The position numbers were made by a program, and so were the translations under genes. 64,000 bases of DNA from Selaginella moellendorffii. Lineage: Eukaryota; Plantae; Lycopodiophyta. The notes below the pieces were generated by a model. It did no database searches, was not told the origin of the DNA, and was given only the letters and a program-made list of their open reading frames with translations. Positions 24,262-36,290 of this stretch are shown in pieces (the first letter of the stretch is position 1; every line of letters starts with the position of its first letter). The stretch is taken from the NCBI RefSeq assembly GCF_000143415.4, contig NW_003314304.1, forward strand, positions 814,667 through 878,666, given 5' to 3'.

Positions 24262-24622
24262 GATTAGTGATTGATCAAGCTCTGCCATGGCCAAAACCCT
24301 AGAACAATAACAAAACCAAGTTGCATCAGATCGAGACAAAATTAGGAACATAACATATGCCTAAATTAGAACAATTAAGATTCAGACATTTTAAAGAATG
24401 ATGCATAGCCACACACAAATTGTGGCAATAGACTTCCGCTCTACCGTCTCCTCCTCCTCCTCCTCCTCAGGAGCATGACGATCTAAAGCCAAAGGCGGAG
24501 ATGGAAACAATCGTTTTGTTCCTAGTTTTAGGGTCTGTCTCGATCTCTATATTTCACAACGCAATCTTGTTCTGTTATTGTTCTAGGGTTTTGGCCATAG
24601 CAGAACTTATCAATCACTAATC
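24262..24622. repeat. Fold-back element: ~75-85 bp inverted arms around ~200 bp
   Basis: 'gattagtgattgatcaagctctgccatggccaaaaccctagaacaataac' matches the reverse complement of 24575-24622. The interior derives from 8520-8800. Confidence 0.85.
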
Positions 24623-26499
24623 CAGTCACAACAACACGTAAGTCTTTTTCACTCATGATCTTGCAATACTTAGATGAGGCATTGCAATACTTAGATGAGG
24701 CAGATGATCAAATTGGTCTCACACTGGCCACATCATCATTAGGCTGCTTGGCTAGAGCTATGACAATGGAGCAGTGAGTGATTGTGACCAGGCTCCTCGT
24801 GACAAACTCTCCCGACAAGAATTCAGAAGGTGGCGAAAGTGGGAGCTCGAGGAGAAGGCACTTGATTGCAACAACTACTGGGTGAGAGCTCTCTTGGACG
24901 TTCTCAGGAGAGAACACGCTGGGGGATCTTGCCAAAGATTTTCTCCACCCGGGAGAGATTTGCGAGAGCCCTGTGCTCATGGCGTTCCAGGAGATCACAT
25001 CGTGGTGCAGTATTGGATTGAACAGGTGCTGCACTTGTTCAAGATCCCCCTGCTGCATGTAGATCACGAGAATCAATTTGCAGGACACCACATCTCGCTC
25101 GGGCATTGAATCGAACAGCTGCTGGGCTTCATCGTGATTGCCAGTCGGCGAGAACAATGAGATCACTGACTTCCGTGACATGAGATCCCGCCGCTTCATC
25201 TAGCAACCGAAGATGGTCTTGGCCTTGTCCACCAGGATTGTGTTTCAGAGCGCGGTGCTCACCAGAGGAGTGAAATTGAAGATAGCTTGCGCTCGATCGA
25301 CATTGCTAAGCTCGCTGTGAGCGGAAGATCAGAGAACTCACAGACACAATATCTCCTCCTCGATCGATCCATTGTGAGCAAATCCCACAATGAGAGTGTT
25401 CCACGACACTAGATTCTTCTCTGCGAAGCGCTTTTTGCAAATCCCCGGCTTGGGCATTTGCGTGAATCATAGCAGTCCAGGTAACTACAATCTATCTGGG
25501 CATTCTTGAAAAACCATTATCGGCGTCTGTCAAACCATCGTTTTTGGCATACGCCTCTAACATTGCGAAGAGATCACATCTCTCTCGTCCATGGTATCAA
25601 AGAGAAGCTTCAATTCTTAAGCATACCCGTTCTGGGAATATGCTGTAAGCATCGCGGGGAGAAGCAGCCTTCAATTTCCTGCCTTGCTCTCCCTCCATGA
25701 TCGCCCTCACTTTCTCTTCCACCTCTTCTCTCGGCGCAAATCCATCCTTCCCTCCAGATCTCGAGAATGCTATTCCCTCCAGCACCAGCTTGGCATTCGG
25801 TTTTGCTCGAACATAGATGGCCACCCCAGCATTGGCACTCCACACGCCAAGCTCTCGAGCATGGAGTTCCATCCCCCTGTTGATGCGTACTGCGTGATCT
25901 CTAGCTGCGGCTCCCACCTCACGAACAATCCTCTAGAAACTTTTGTAGAACTCCTAGAGCAAAGTTTGATCGTATCACCCAGAGGAAAGGAACCTTGCTT
26001 GCCTCATGGCTAGACGAGCATGATCGTGGCTCGGCCCTCTCGTTTGGAAGTATCTCCATCATGACTGCCAGCAATTCGAGAAGACAAGGGAGTTCTCAGG
26101 CTAACCTTTTTTCAATCCAGTTCTTCTTTAAGTTCGCTGCTTGTCTGGAGATCAAACTCTTAGCTTAAAGTGTATCCATCTCTAACATTGGTGAATATCA
26201 GCTGTGTTAAAAAATGTAAGGCTCAAAAGCATGGTGTATGAACTGTCATCGCTCGCCATAAATGGATGATGATTAGACCAAGAAACAAAGAAGAAACTTT
26301 TCAAAGAGGAGGTTTTGATGGATCGTTTGAGATACCAGCACTCATGGGCTGAACTGGACATTGTTCTTTCTTCTACGTTTTATAGACGTGTTTTTAACAT
26401 AGGTAAGTTATATGTACGAAAGTAAGGATTAAATGCGAAATAACCATAACTTTAAGGCAATATATAAATTTAAGTTAGGATGTGTGAATGGACCAATCT

Positions 26500-28555
26500 C
26501 CTTCGCATCATCCAAGAGCCCAGCTCTTGCAACACCAATCAAGCAAGTGATCTTGCTCGGGACTTAGATTGTATTCAGAAACCATTGGAGCCAAGGAGTC
26601 TCTAGCAGGGATTACCAGCCCAAGGTGGCAGCAAGCGATCAAAAGGCCCATGAAACTCTTGAATCCTTCCAGATTCAAGACTTTAAAGAGCTGAATGGAT
26701 ACAGATTCTGGGCAAACTACATGATAAGAACGTTCCTGGTCATGATGTTTGCTACAGCATCTAAACAATGTCCAAGCGTCGTCCTAAGTGTCCATTTTGC
26801 CCCTACGCTCCGATCATGCAATTCTTTTAGAACTTCTATAGTGCCAAACAAGCACTTTGCCTTGCGTACATGACCTCGTTCGGCATATGCAGTGATCATA
26901 GCATTCCATGCTAAGAAAACTGTCCACGAGACAAGGTTTCTTTGAGGCATTAAATCAAAGAGATTGTGTAATTGATTGGTTTCACTTCACTGGGTGTCTG
27001 GTCAGAGCATTGCAGTCCACGCTATAACACGAATGTTTCTTTTGCTATATCACTGCAGCCATGCTGCGCAAATGAGTTGGTAAGTGTTCCCCATGACACG
27101 GAAGCTCTCTGCGTCATCCTCGCAAAGAACTTTCTTGCTTCATTAAGATCTCCGAACTGGGCTCGTGCAACAATCATAGAGTTCCATAAAACTGGATTGA
27201 TGATCTCTTTCCATCCTGTCGAACAGCTTCTTTGCTTCGAGAAAATCTCAAACGCTGGAATAATCACATTCCACAACACAGAATCTCTCTTGGACATGTT
27301 GTCAAATTGGTTTCTAGCCTCACTGATCATTCCAGCTTTCGCGAATCCAGTGACAGAAGCAAACAAGGCAGCGTCATGCAAACTACGTCCCAAGCCTTGC
27401 GACGTACATTTGCCAGTTTTGGGCATTTGCAAAACAAATCGCATTCCATGTCACTACATTCTTCCCGGGCACGGAATAAAGCTGACGATTGTGAATGTAA
27501 GCTTGGAGCAGGATTTTCCATGAAAAGGAGTCTGGGCAAGAACGTGGAACTCCTCTAGGCAGAGGATGATCACAGGAGCTTGTATGGCAGTGAGTGGGAT
27601 GCAGGGTTGAGAGTGGCAGTGTGGTGGGATTTTGAGATCCCCGCTCCAATTTTGCAAAGAACTCTATGGTGTAGACCAAGACTTCTGGCTTGAATCCTCA
27701 AACCTTTCAGAGCATACAAGATTGCATTGGGATTTCTCTCCACCATTTGCCATCGTGTAAATTCTCTTGATCTTTTCTCTTTGCTAGATTTTCATGGATC
27801 AATCATTGTGATTTTTGTTTCTCTTCCAGTTTGGCCTCCGATCGAACTCTCATGATGGATTTGGTGCTGTGGACTGTCCATCATCTGCCACCAGCGCATC
27901 TCTTCGTCGTCTCCATGGGGCTGCATGAAAGCTATCTCGTTTGGTTTGATCCTCTCGAGCTGCATGGTTTTTAGCAGCTCCAGAGCTTGGTGAGGATGGC
28001 CATTGAGATTAAACGCCGAGAGCATCGAGTTCCCAGTGACGATGTTTCGTCTCTTTGCGGGCATGGAATCAAACACTTGCTTTGCACGAAATGCTTGCCC
28101 GTTTTGGGCATATGCAGTGATCATAGCGTTCCAAGCCATTTCATCCTTATCAAGGATTAAATCAAAGATATTCCTTGTCTTCTCGACAAGACCTTGTGCG
28201 CAAACGCTTGCAGAATTGTAGTTTGAGCGACCACGTCCTTCTCAGGCATGAGAGTCCTCTCGGCATTTTCAATTTCTCCAGCTTTGGCATACGCAGTGAT
28301 CATCGCAGTGTAGACGTGAATGTTTGGGTTCTCCATCTCATCAAAAAAACGCTTCGCTTCTTCCAGCCGGTCGTGTGCTGCATTAGAGCACCCCAAGAAA
28401 CAGGATTTCTCTCCAAAAAACGCTTTTTTTCTATCCAAATTCCTTTCTGGGTAAATGCGGTAACCATCACAGTCCATGCCACTACATTCTTCTCGGGCAT
28501 TCGATGAAACATTCCCTGGGCTTGATCCAAGTTCCCATCAGCTGCGTAGCATCGT
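26500..28555 (-). pseudogene. PLS-class PPR pseudogene fragments
   Basis: FHRMPEKNVVAWTVMVTAF, FFDEMENPNIHVYTAMITAYAKAG, AWNAMITAYAQNGQ, MPQRNLVSWT; many frameshifts. Confidence 0.88.
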
Positions 28556-28566
28556 ATCAGGATGAC

Positions 28567-28940
28567 CAACAACTCTGCTCTAGGAGTTCTACAAAGGTTT
28601 CTAGAGGATTGTTCGTGAGCTTGGAGTCGCAGCTAGAGATCATGCAGCACGCATCAACAGGGGGATGGAACTCCATGCTCGAGAGCCTGCCGTGTGGAGT
28701 GCCAATGCTGGGGTGGCCATCTATGTTCGAGCAAATCACGAACCAAGCTGGTGCTGGAAGGCGAGGGCGTGGGAATATAATTCTCGAGATCTGGAGGGAA
28801 GGATGGATTTGCGCCGAGAGAAGAGGTGGAAGAGAAGTGAGGGCGATCATGGAGGGAGAGCAAGGCAGGAGATTGAAGGCTGCTTCTCCCGGAGGTTCTT
28901 CTCATACGAACCTTAAGAAATTCGTGGAGAGTCTCGTCTC
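28567..28940 (+). pseudogene. UDP-glycosyltransferase (UGT) C-terminal fragment; inverted copy at ~25660-26070
   Basis: Eroded PSPG box RGLFV..QLEIMQHASTG-GWNSMLESLPCGVPMLGWPSMFEQ, then VRAIMEGEQG and GGSSHTNLKKFVE. Confidence 0.88.
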
Positions 28941-29289
28941 ATTCATTCATAAAAGTTTAAATCACTATTGGTTTTCGATCGCTCCTAATCCCTAGAACGC
29001 GATGCTTACACCATATACCCAGAACGGGTATGTTTAAGTATTGAAGCTTCTCTTTGATACCATGGACGAGAGAGATGTGATCTCTTGGCCCAAAATGTTA
29101 TAGGCGTACTCTTAAAGCGATAGTTTGATAGATGCCGATAATGTTTTCGGAAACATTCTCAGATAGATTGTAGTTACCTGGACTGCTATGGTTCACGCGA
29201 ATGCCTAAGCCAGGCATCTGGAAACAGAAAGACAGATCTTCGACACGATGATAGAGAAGAATCAAGTGTTGTGGAACACTCTCATTGCG

Positions 29290-30810
29290 AGATTTTCTCA
29301 CAATGGATCGATCAAGGAGGCGATATCGTGTCTGTGAGTTCTCTGATCTTCCGCTCACAGCGAGCTTGGCAATGTCGATCGAGCACAAGCTATAATCGAT
29401 TCCACTCCTCTGGTGAGCACTGCACTCTGAAACATGATCCAGACAAGGCCAAGACCATCTTCAGTCGCTAGATGAAGCAGCGGGATCTCGTGTTGTGGAA
29501 CTTGATGATCTCGGCGTTCTTGCTGAGCGGCAATCACAACAAAGCCCAGCGGCTGTTCGATTCAATGCCCGAGCGAGACGCGGTGTCCTGCAAATTGATC
29601 CTCGTGATCTGCATGCAGCAGGGGGATCTGGAACGAGCGCAGCACCTGTTAGATTGAATGCCGTGCCACACTGCGATTTCCTGGAACTCCATGATCGTGG
29701 GGCTCTCACAAATCTCTCTCAAGCAGAGAAAATCTTCGGCGAGATCCCCCAGCGCGTTCTCTCCTGAAAACGTCCAAGAGAACTCTCAGTCGATTGCACC
29801 AATCGAGTGCCTTCTTCTAGAGCTCCCACTTTCGCCACCTTCTGAATTCTCGTCAAGAGAGCTTGTCATGAGGAGCCTAGTCATGATCACTCACTGCTCC
29901 ATTGTTTGTCATATTGATTGCAGCTCTAGCTAAGCAACCTAATGATGATGTAGTGAGTGTGAAACTGATTCGATCATTCGCCTCGTCTGAAACACCGAAA
30001 TATTGCAAGATCACGAGTGAGAAAGACTTACATGTTATTGTGACTACACTGCCATATCGATCCACCTTCGCCTCTGCCTCTGGCTCTTTCTCCGCCCAAG
30101 GAAAGAAAAAAAAAGGAATATGCTCTTTTTCTCATTTCCTTTTAACGCATCGAGTGTAATCATTCAATCTCTCGAAACTTCCTTTTTTAGTATTCTTCAT
30201 GAGCATCAGGCTGTGCGGTCCTTTTGGAGGCTTAAAAGAGACAAAGGTGGTCACGGTGATCGAAGCGAAAGATCTGCTCGATCGAATGCCGGAGTGGGAT
30301 GCCGTATGCTTGGCAATTGTATCAGTGCTATGCCCGAGCAAGGAATCTATTCCTGGCAAAGCAACTCTTCGATTCAAGGCCCGCGAAGAACATCGTCGCA
30401 TGGTCTGTGATGGTGTGCTGACTAAAACAGGATTGAGGAGGCGAAGTATCTGTTTGGCATAATGCCCGAGAGAAACAGCGCGGTGGGGAATGCGATGCTA
30501 GCAGCATTTACCCAAGCAGGGTATTTGCATGACGCAGAGAAAGTCTTCGATCGAATGCCCGAACCGGATGGAATTGAAGACCTCTCGGGCTACTCACAGC
30601 TTGAGATTTCATGCGTAAGCCACGATCGTAGTTTTGGAAGAATTCCATGCAGGAGCGTGATCTTGTTGCCTGGAGCGTGATCATCCTGCATATGCCCAGA
30701 TCGCGGATGTTGCTGTGGTGCTTAAGCTCTTCGATCGAATGCCCGCGCGGGACATGTTCGATTATCGCGGCTATTGCTCAGTACGGTCAAAGCGCAGCAG
30801 CGATGGAGAA
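29290..30810 (+). pseudogene. PPR pseudogene fragments
   Basis: MKQRDLVLWNLMISAF, LFDSMPERDAVS, NAMLAAFTQAGYLHDAEKVFDRMPE, LFDRMPARD. Confidence 0.85.
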
Positions 30811-30864
30811 CAAGTCCAATGCCGGGGTGTTCGTTGCTCTTCCAGAAAGATCGAGGAGTGCTGG

Positions 30865-31220
30865 CAGCGTGTCTGGATCGCTCTCACGGCGCTGACGAGC
30901 AGCAAGGAGATCAAGCGAGGGGACATGAACAAGCTTTACGAGCTTTGGGACGCGGTTTCTAAGCAGCAAAGTTTCTATCTCGTGATATCTTTGAGGGATG
31001 CTCGTTTTGATGGAGTTTTACGCGCCTCTTCTCCAAGGTAAAGTGATTTTTCAATCATTCGCAGGAGTTTTACGAGACTAAAGCAGCGGCGGATGGTTCT
31101 TCCAGCGTTGTTCGTGTTGTCTGGGGTTAAACATTGCTACGACAGTTTCGGATCATCATGACTGGAGGAAATTGTAGCTGCGGAGCTCTTGGTAAGCTTT
31201 GAGCTTTCCTTTTTTCTATG
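30865..31220 (+). pseudogene. Chimeric EF-Tu + MATE fragment, copy A
   Basis: 30871-30955 matches EF-Tu 61521-61625. 30995-31062 matches the MATE reverse complement of 5355-5281. 31063-31215 matches the MATE reverse complement of 5850-5625. Confidence 0.85.
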
Positions 31221-31937
31221 ATAATTGTCAGTGAGGTCCAATGGTTGCTGCTTTGGTAGATTGGAGACGAGTCTTTGGTAAGTGTTCTAAGCTTTCTTTG
31301 GTGTTTGCTCAGGTACTTCCATTCTTCTGCTAACAGGTTTGCCACTGGTATGTATGTTTCATTTTTCCTTTGTATGTTTTCTTTGGGTTGGGGCTATTGT
31401 CTATAGCGTGGAAGTCGGGCGTTACAGAGAAACAAAACAAGCTCGGTGAGGTACCGAAGCTTTGGTCGTTCATTTCTAACTTCGTTCCCCCAGGTTGAGA
31501 GAAACTAGCACGCATGGAAAATCGAGAATTCGAAAACTTTTCACGACTTCCGTTCTCTGGCTGAGCAAATTCAAACCTGCCATTCGTTTATCTGTGTGAT
31601 CCAGTAATCTTAAGACACAAGTAATCGTCTCCATACAACTTTACAAGACAAGACCAATTTCATACCAAAAACTTCGATTCGTTTGATGCTCTAGCAAAAT
31701 TACATGAGAACGAACAAGAGCTCGAGGAATCTCGTTCTCAAGGCATTGAGAGGAGAAGGCAGGAAAGCTCCAAGCTTTGAGCTTTAGAGAAAGAGGAGGA
31801 GGAGGGGAAAGGCACGAGCACTTCTATCCCCCAAAGATCCGACGAAGGGAAACAAAGGGAGGGGAAAGACACGATCATTTCTTTCCCCAAAAGCGCCGAT
31901 GAAGAGAAACAAAGAGAAGAGGAAGGGAAAGGCACGA

Positions 31938-32360
31938 TCATTTCTTTCCCCCAAAGACGAGCCCAGCTCCGATGAAGAGTCCGGCCACAGCGAGTCCAAG
32001 GCCTATGTTGGAGGCAGCATTCTCCAAAGACGATCCGAGAGTGGTCGCGGCCTCTTTCACTGCTTCCGAGCCGGATTTGGAGCTTTCCTTGACCCCATCA
32101 CTGACTGCTTCAGCCCCGACGCGCACCACTTTCTCCACAGAGCTTGCTCCAGCTTGAAAGATCTGCTCCATCCTCTCTCCAGCCTTGCTCATTGTCTGCC
32201 CGATCACCTGGCTTCCCAAGATCACGCTCTCTCCCACACACGATGCGAGCTTAGGAGCCCCGTAATATATGGCAACTCCAGCGCCAGCAACACCAGCAAC
32301 CCCAGCAACTCGCAAAGCAAAAGACTTCCAACTGCCTCCCGCGATCTTCCATAGCGCCAT
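31938..32360 (-). CDS. Small Gly/Ala/Ser-rich protein with two hydrophobic segments, unknown family
   Basis: Intronless 140 aa: MALWKIAGG..VAGVAGVAGAGVAIYYG, an amphipathic middle, then IGLGLAVAGLFIGAGLVFGGKK*. Telo-box (aaaccctaaa) just upstream. Confidence 0.6.
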   Translation of the reverse strand: MALWKIAGGSWKSFALRVAGVAGVAGAGVAIYYGAPKLASCVGESVILGSQVIGQTMSKAGERMEQIFQAGASSVEKVVRVGAEAVSDGVKESSKSGSEAVKEAATTLGSSLENAASNIGLGLAVAGLFIGAGLVFGGKK

Positions 32361-32429
32361 GCTTCCAAGTTCCCAAGCGTAAAACCCTAAAACTCTGGTT
32401 TCAAGTAGCAAGAATATTCGATTGCCAGT

Positions 32430-32610
32430 CCAAAGGATCACGATTCGCGGCTCGAGGGCGCCGACCTGGTAAGTCGCCATAGATGGAATTTGCATTGGAA
32501 TGTAGCTAGAGATTTCTCACGGTGTATGGCCAGACTAGCGGCAATTTGCACGCCGGCAGACTATAACACCCGGCCGCTCTACAGTCTCTATTGACACATT
32601 GCCAGTGGTA
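32430..32610 (+). pseudogene. Inverted fragment of the AXS gene (exon 1-intron-exon 2)
   Basis: Matches the reverse complement of ~2820-3070, including the intron, with about six short deletions. Confidence 0.92.
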
Positions 32611-32754
32611 AGTCTGTGGTTTTTTCTTTTAGAGAAGAGATTTCCTTTTGAGAACTTCAGTGACTGAGAGATATTGCTTGGACAACAACAATTTTTCTAG
32701 GCATGGAAAGTTTGCCCGAGGACAGGAAGACATGCTCAAAAGAACGCATATACT

Positions 32755-33360
32755 TACCTCCTGGGAATGGGAGTCTCGGCCGGCAAGCCGAAACCTTTCA
32801 GTCGACGAGAGTGACGTTCCAGAGTCTCGTCCGGCGAGCCAAAACCGTTCAGTGGACGAGAGTGATGTTCCACCCGCGCTCGTTTTCTCCTCCGGGGAAC
32901 TGCTACCTCCAGATCGTCCTCGAACGCGTCGAAGTCGCGAGCTGCGAGGAAATCGACAAGAACATCGATGTCCTCCGCCCCTGAAAATGCAAATCTTGAT
33001 AGACATTCTTTTCGAACGGAAAAAGCTCACCACACGATGCAATTGCTTGTGACGCCTGCTCGTAGCTGTAGCCGAGTGTCGTCAATGTATCTAACGCAGT
33101 CATATCCTCGTCCTGCAGATAAAGAATTCTCAACACCAGAGAAAGCTGACATTTCTACCGGCTGAGCGCCAGATCCATGCTCAATTATATACGCAATGAT
33201 CGTTTGAATCGCTGCTCCTCTTCCTGAAGCCTTGCTCAAATCAGAAACCAGAAAAGAAAAGATTGTTCTCACCGCAGCTGCTCATAGCTTCAATGATGTC
33301 TTGAGTGGCAAAACCCATGCTGCGGAGGAGATCATTTCCAGTGCTATCGTCTAGTTCCTG
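32755..33360 (-). pseudogene. Tandem UBA-like domains resembling a DRM methyltransferase N-terminus (fragment)
   Basis: LLRSMGFATQDIIEAMSSCG..IQTIIAYI and LTTLGYSYEQASQAIASC|GAEDIDVLVDFL. No catalytic domain follows. Confidence 0.6.
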
Positions 33361-34111
33361 CTTCAGAGAAGTTAGACCAAAGAAAGCACCTTCCATTCCC
33401 CTCGCAAATTTCAGCATTGCGGCACTCTCCTGGCAGCAGGAGCGATGGTGACGAGGATGCGCATTTGGACGAAGAAATCCGGACAATTGCGCTGGGGGCA
33501 AGGGTGGCGAGTCTTTATTCTGAAGTGCAGCGCTTAATTAAATTACAAATAAATTGCTACATGTTGCACTTGGTTTGTTAATTACTTATTAATTCAATTG
33601 ATCAAATAAAGTCTATAATTATAAGTATGTTTGTAATTTATAAACACAAGATTAATCAATAAAAATAATATATAAGAAAAGGTTTCAGAAAGTTTATAAA
33701 TTATAAACATGCTTATAAATTATAAATACAAAATTAATCGAAATGAATAACAACCGTTAGCTGGTAGAATATTCAAGAATATTTTAGGTATATCCACTCA
33801 GTCCATTTGCTTGTGGCATTCATTTAAATTAATTGTTTAAATAATTTATAAATTTTCCTAAACACATCCTGATTAGAGCATTAAGAAAACCACTTTCTTC
33901 AATTTATTTTTTCTCCACTAGCGAAGAAAGAGTGGACAAAAACAAGAGACGAAGATGGTGAGGATCTGTTTCCAGTTTAACTTGATGTTTTTGATCCTTG
34001 ATCGACTCTCAGAATTCTTGAGCTATCGAATCCTTCCACGTGGGAGCTCATACCTTTTCTTTTCTTGTATATAAGTCATGGTCCAGTTGCTAGGGCAGAG
34101 AAGGGTGAAGA

Positions 34112-35173
34112 ATGGCGATGGCGGCAGCGAGGGCGGCGATGGCATTCTTGGTGCTTGTCGCGGCGCAGGCGTGCGGCCGTGATTACTGCTCTCTCCGTCA
34201 GGCGCGCGGCTGCGGCAACAGCACGGTTGAGGTAGAGCACGCTATGAGCGCGCACAAGTGCTTCATAGCCGACACGGTTGTAGCTGCCACGCTCACAGAT
34301 GTGCGCCGTCTCCCCAACTCGTATCTCATCCTTTTGGAGATGCCGGGCGTGGCGAGCAGCAGCGATGTCAAGGTGGAGGTCTCGGGCTCTCAATTCCATC
34401 GAGTCGTGTCTATCGTTGGGATCTCTCACGAGGCGAAAGAGCGTCGCATCCTCAGGGATCGTGGTGCCTTCACCAAGATGTTTGCGCGAGAGTTTGTGCT
34501 CCCCGATGCAGTGGACGCGGAAAGGATAAGCTACCAGCTTCACAGTGGTCTGTTGCGGATGACGCTGCCGCTTGTCCCAGGGCTGGAGCAAACAGGGCGA
34601 GAGCAGCGAGAACAAGTTGTGGAGGAGGAGTACCTTGCGGTGGCTGCCGCGCGTGTTCCTCCGGCCTCGTGCACCATTTCAGACGCGGCCGGGCTCATTC
34701 GGCCTGAAGCTCTCGCCTCCAACGACGCAGATGATTGTGGTGGCGACTCAAGCGTCGTCACCATCTCCCCATTGGTGGACATCGTGGATCGTCCAGGCTC
34801 GTACGTGGTCGTCGCGGAGATGCCAGGCGCGCAGTCGGCCACCGTGGACATCGCTTGGGTGGAGGACAAGTCGGGGTTTGTGCTCGAGATCACTGGCGTT
34901 GCTCGAGATGAAGATGATGGCGGAGAAGCGGTGAGAGTAGAGCGGGGCGGAGCGAGCACCAAAGTGTTTGCTCGCAGGCTTTACTTCCCCCGCGGTGTCG
35001 TGGAGGATGTGGCAACATATCACCTCAGTGATGGGCTTCTCAAGGTGACGCTACCCAAACATGTTCCAAGCCTCGGGCAAAGGATAGCGGGCCTATGGAA
35101 TAAAGCGTTAAAGCATTTCATATGCCAAGGTGTTCAGTTTGGGAGGATGAGGGCGAAGTATTGTTTCAGGTAA
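34112..35173 (+). CDS. Second intact copy of the signal-peptide double-ACD sHSP
   Basis: 353 aa, near-identical to 22079-23146; TATATAA upstream. Confidence 0.85.
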   Translation: MAMAAARAAMAFLVLVAAQACGRDYCSLRQARGCGNSTVEVEHAMSAHKCFIADTVVAATLTDVRRLPNSYLILLEMPGVASSSDVKVEVSGSQFHRVVSIVGISHEAKERRILRDRGAFTKMFAREFVLPDAVDAERISYQLHSGLLRMTLPLVPGLEQTGREQREQVVEEEYLAVAAARVPPASCTISDAAGLIRPEALASNDADDCGGDSSVVTISPLVDIVDRPGSYVVVAEMPGAQSATVDIAWVEDKSGFVLEITGVARDEDDGGEAVRVERGGASTKVFARRLYFPRGVVEDVATYHLSDGLLKVTLPKHVPSLGQRIAGLWNKALKHFICQGVQFGRMRAKYCFR

Positions 35174-35289
35174 ATATGTAGACAGAGTATACGTTGTAAA
35201 ACCTTCATCATGCATTTAAAATGCTGCTTCTTAATTCTATAAAAGGTTATGAGAGAAACATGCGGCCATGAAACATTTAAAGCTTATGC

Positions 35290-35735
35290 TTCCAGGATTT
35301 CCTCTCAATGATGAGAGAGCTTTCGAGGCCATGGCCAAGAACCATGCGCTCACGGGGCACCAGAGCTCGGCTATCTCGCTCTTCCAGTCGATGCAGCTCG
35401 AGGGAGAGAGGTCTATCAGAGGAGAGCCGACTGATCCAACCTCTTCTACTGCATGGTCGATCTCTTGGCAGCAGCAAGACGCCCGAGAGCTGAGCTTGGC
35501 GTGGCAAACACTCCTCGGATCATGCAAAGTTTCTCATGATATCCAGCTCGCCAAGCACGTTGCAAACCAGGCATCAGTCATAAGTCCGGAGATGTGCTGC
35601 TGTCCAATATCTGTGGCACTAGTCGAAAGGAAGAGGCTGTCAATGCTGCTGCAGCACTTCCTTGAGGACTCTTCCTATTCTCTCGGACATGTGTTGCTCG
35701 AGAAATCTCTCCTGGACGCGCTTGTAGCCGCAAAG
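35290..35735. pseudogene. PPR/E-domain remnant (+) abutting a GT4 C-terminus (-)
   Basis: AISLFQSMQLEG..AWQTLLGSCKVSHD on plus; GYKRVQERFLEQHMSERIGRVLKEVLQQH* on minus. Confidence 0.8.
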
Positions 35736-35989
35736 AGACATGCATACCAGTGGCAAAGCGAGGAAAGATTTGGAGCCATTCTTCCAAATAGTTGAGAAAT
35801 AGGTGAGAAAAAACTTGTTAGCAAAAGAGTTTAAGTACCTGAGCAAACACCAAAGAAAGCTTAAAACACTTGCATGGTGAGAGCTCCAGAAGCTTGTGAA
35901 TGCCTCATCGCCATAAGATGAAAGTCTCATCTCCAATCTACTAAAGCAGACCTCGTTGACAATTATCATAGAAAAGCTGCTACAGAAAA

Positions 35990-36290
35990 GGAACCAAGAG
36001 CTGCGCTGTTACAATTTCCTCCAGCAAAGGTCGTGATCTTCCGAAACTGTCATAGCAATGTTTTCCCCAAGACAACACGAACACGCTGCTTTAGTCTCGT
36101 AAAACTCCTGCGAATGATTGAAGCTCAAGAATCATTTTACTTTGGAGAAGTGGAGTTGCGTAAGACTCCATCAAAACGAGCATCTCATCAAACATATCCC
36201 GTGTCCCGAAGCTCGTAAATCTTGTCCATGTCCCCTCGCTTGTTGCTCGTCAGCGCCATGAGAACGCACGGGAACGTTGCCTCCCGCTCC
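35990..36290 (-). pseudogene. Chimeric EF-Tu + MATE fragment, copy B (inverted relative to copy A)
   Basis: ~35740-36320 is the reverse complement of ~30820-31360. Confidence 0.85.

Larger units (their letters stand above)
24625..30045. repeat. Large inverted repeat: arms ~24625-25970 and ~28567-30045 (UGT + PPR remnants), ~2.6 kb spacer
   Basis: Colinear reverse-complement match along the arms, e.g. 'ctctaggagttctacaaa..gccaatgctggggtggccatctatgttcgagcaaa' and 'gatgaagc.gcgggatctc'. Confidence 0.9.

Noticed and set aside
24625-30045. Pack-MULE with long TIRs
   Set aside because: The arms consist of gene fragments, and no 9-11 bp TSD or Mutator-like terminus was seen.
31790-31955. CRISPR-like array (also the repeats at 38153 and 53600-53825)
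   Set aside because: Eukaryotic context; tandem or degenerate units with no unique spacers and no cas genes.
33990-34045. Heat-shock element upstream of the sHSP
   Set aside because: The GAA/TTC units are not in canonical nGAAnnTTCn spacing.
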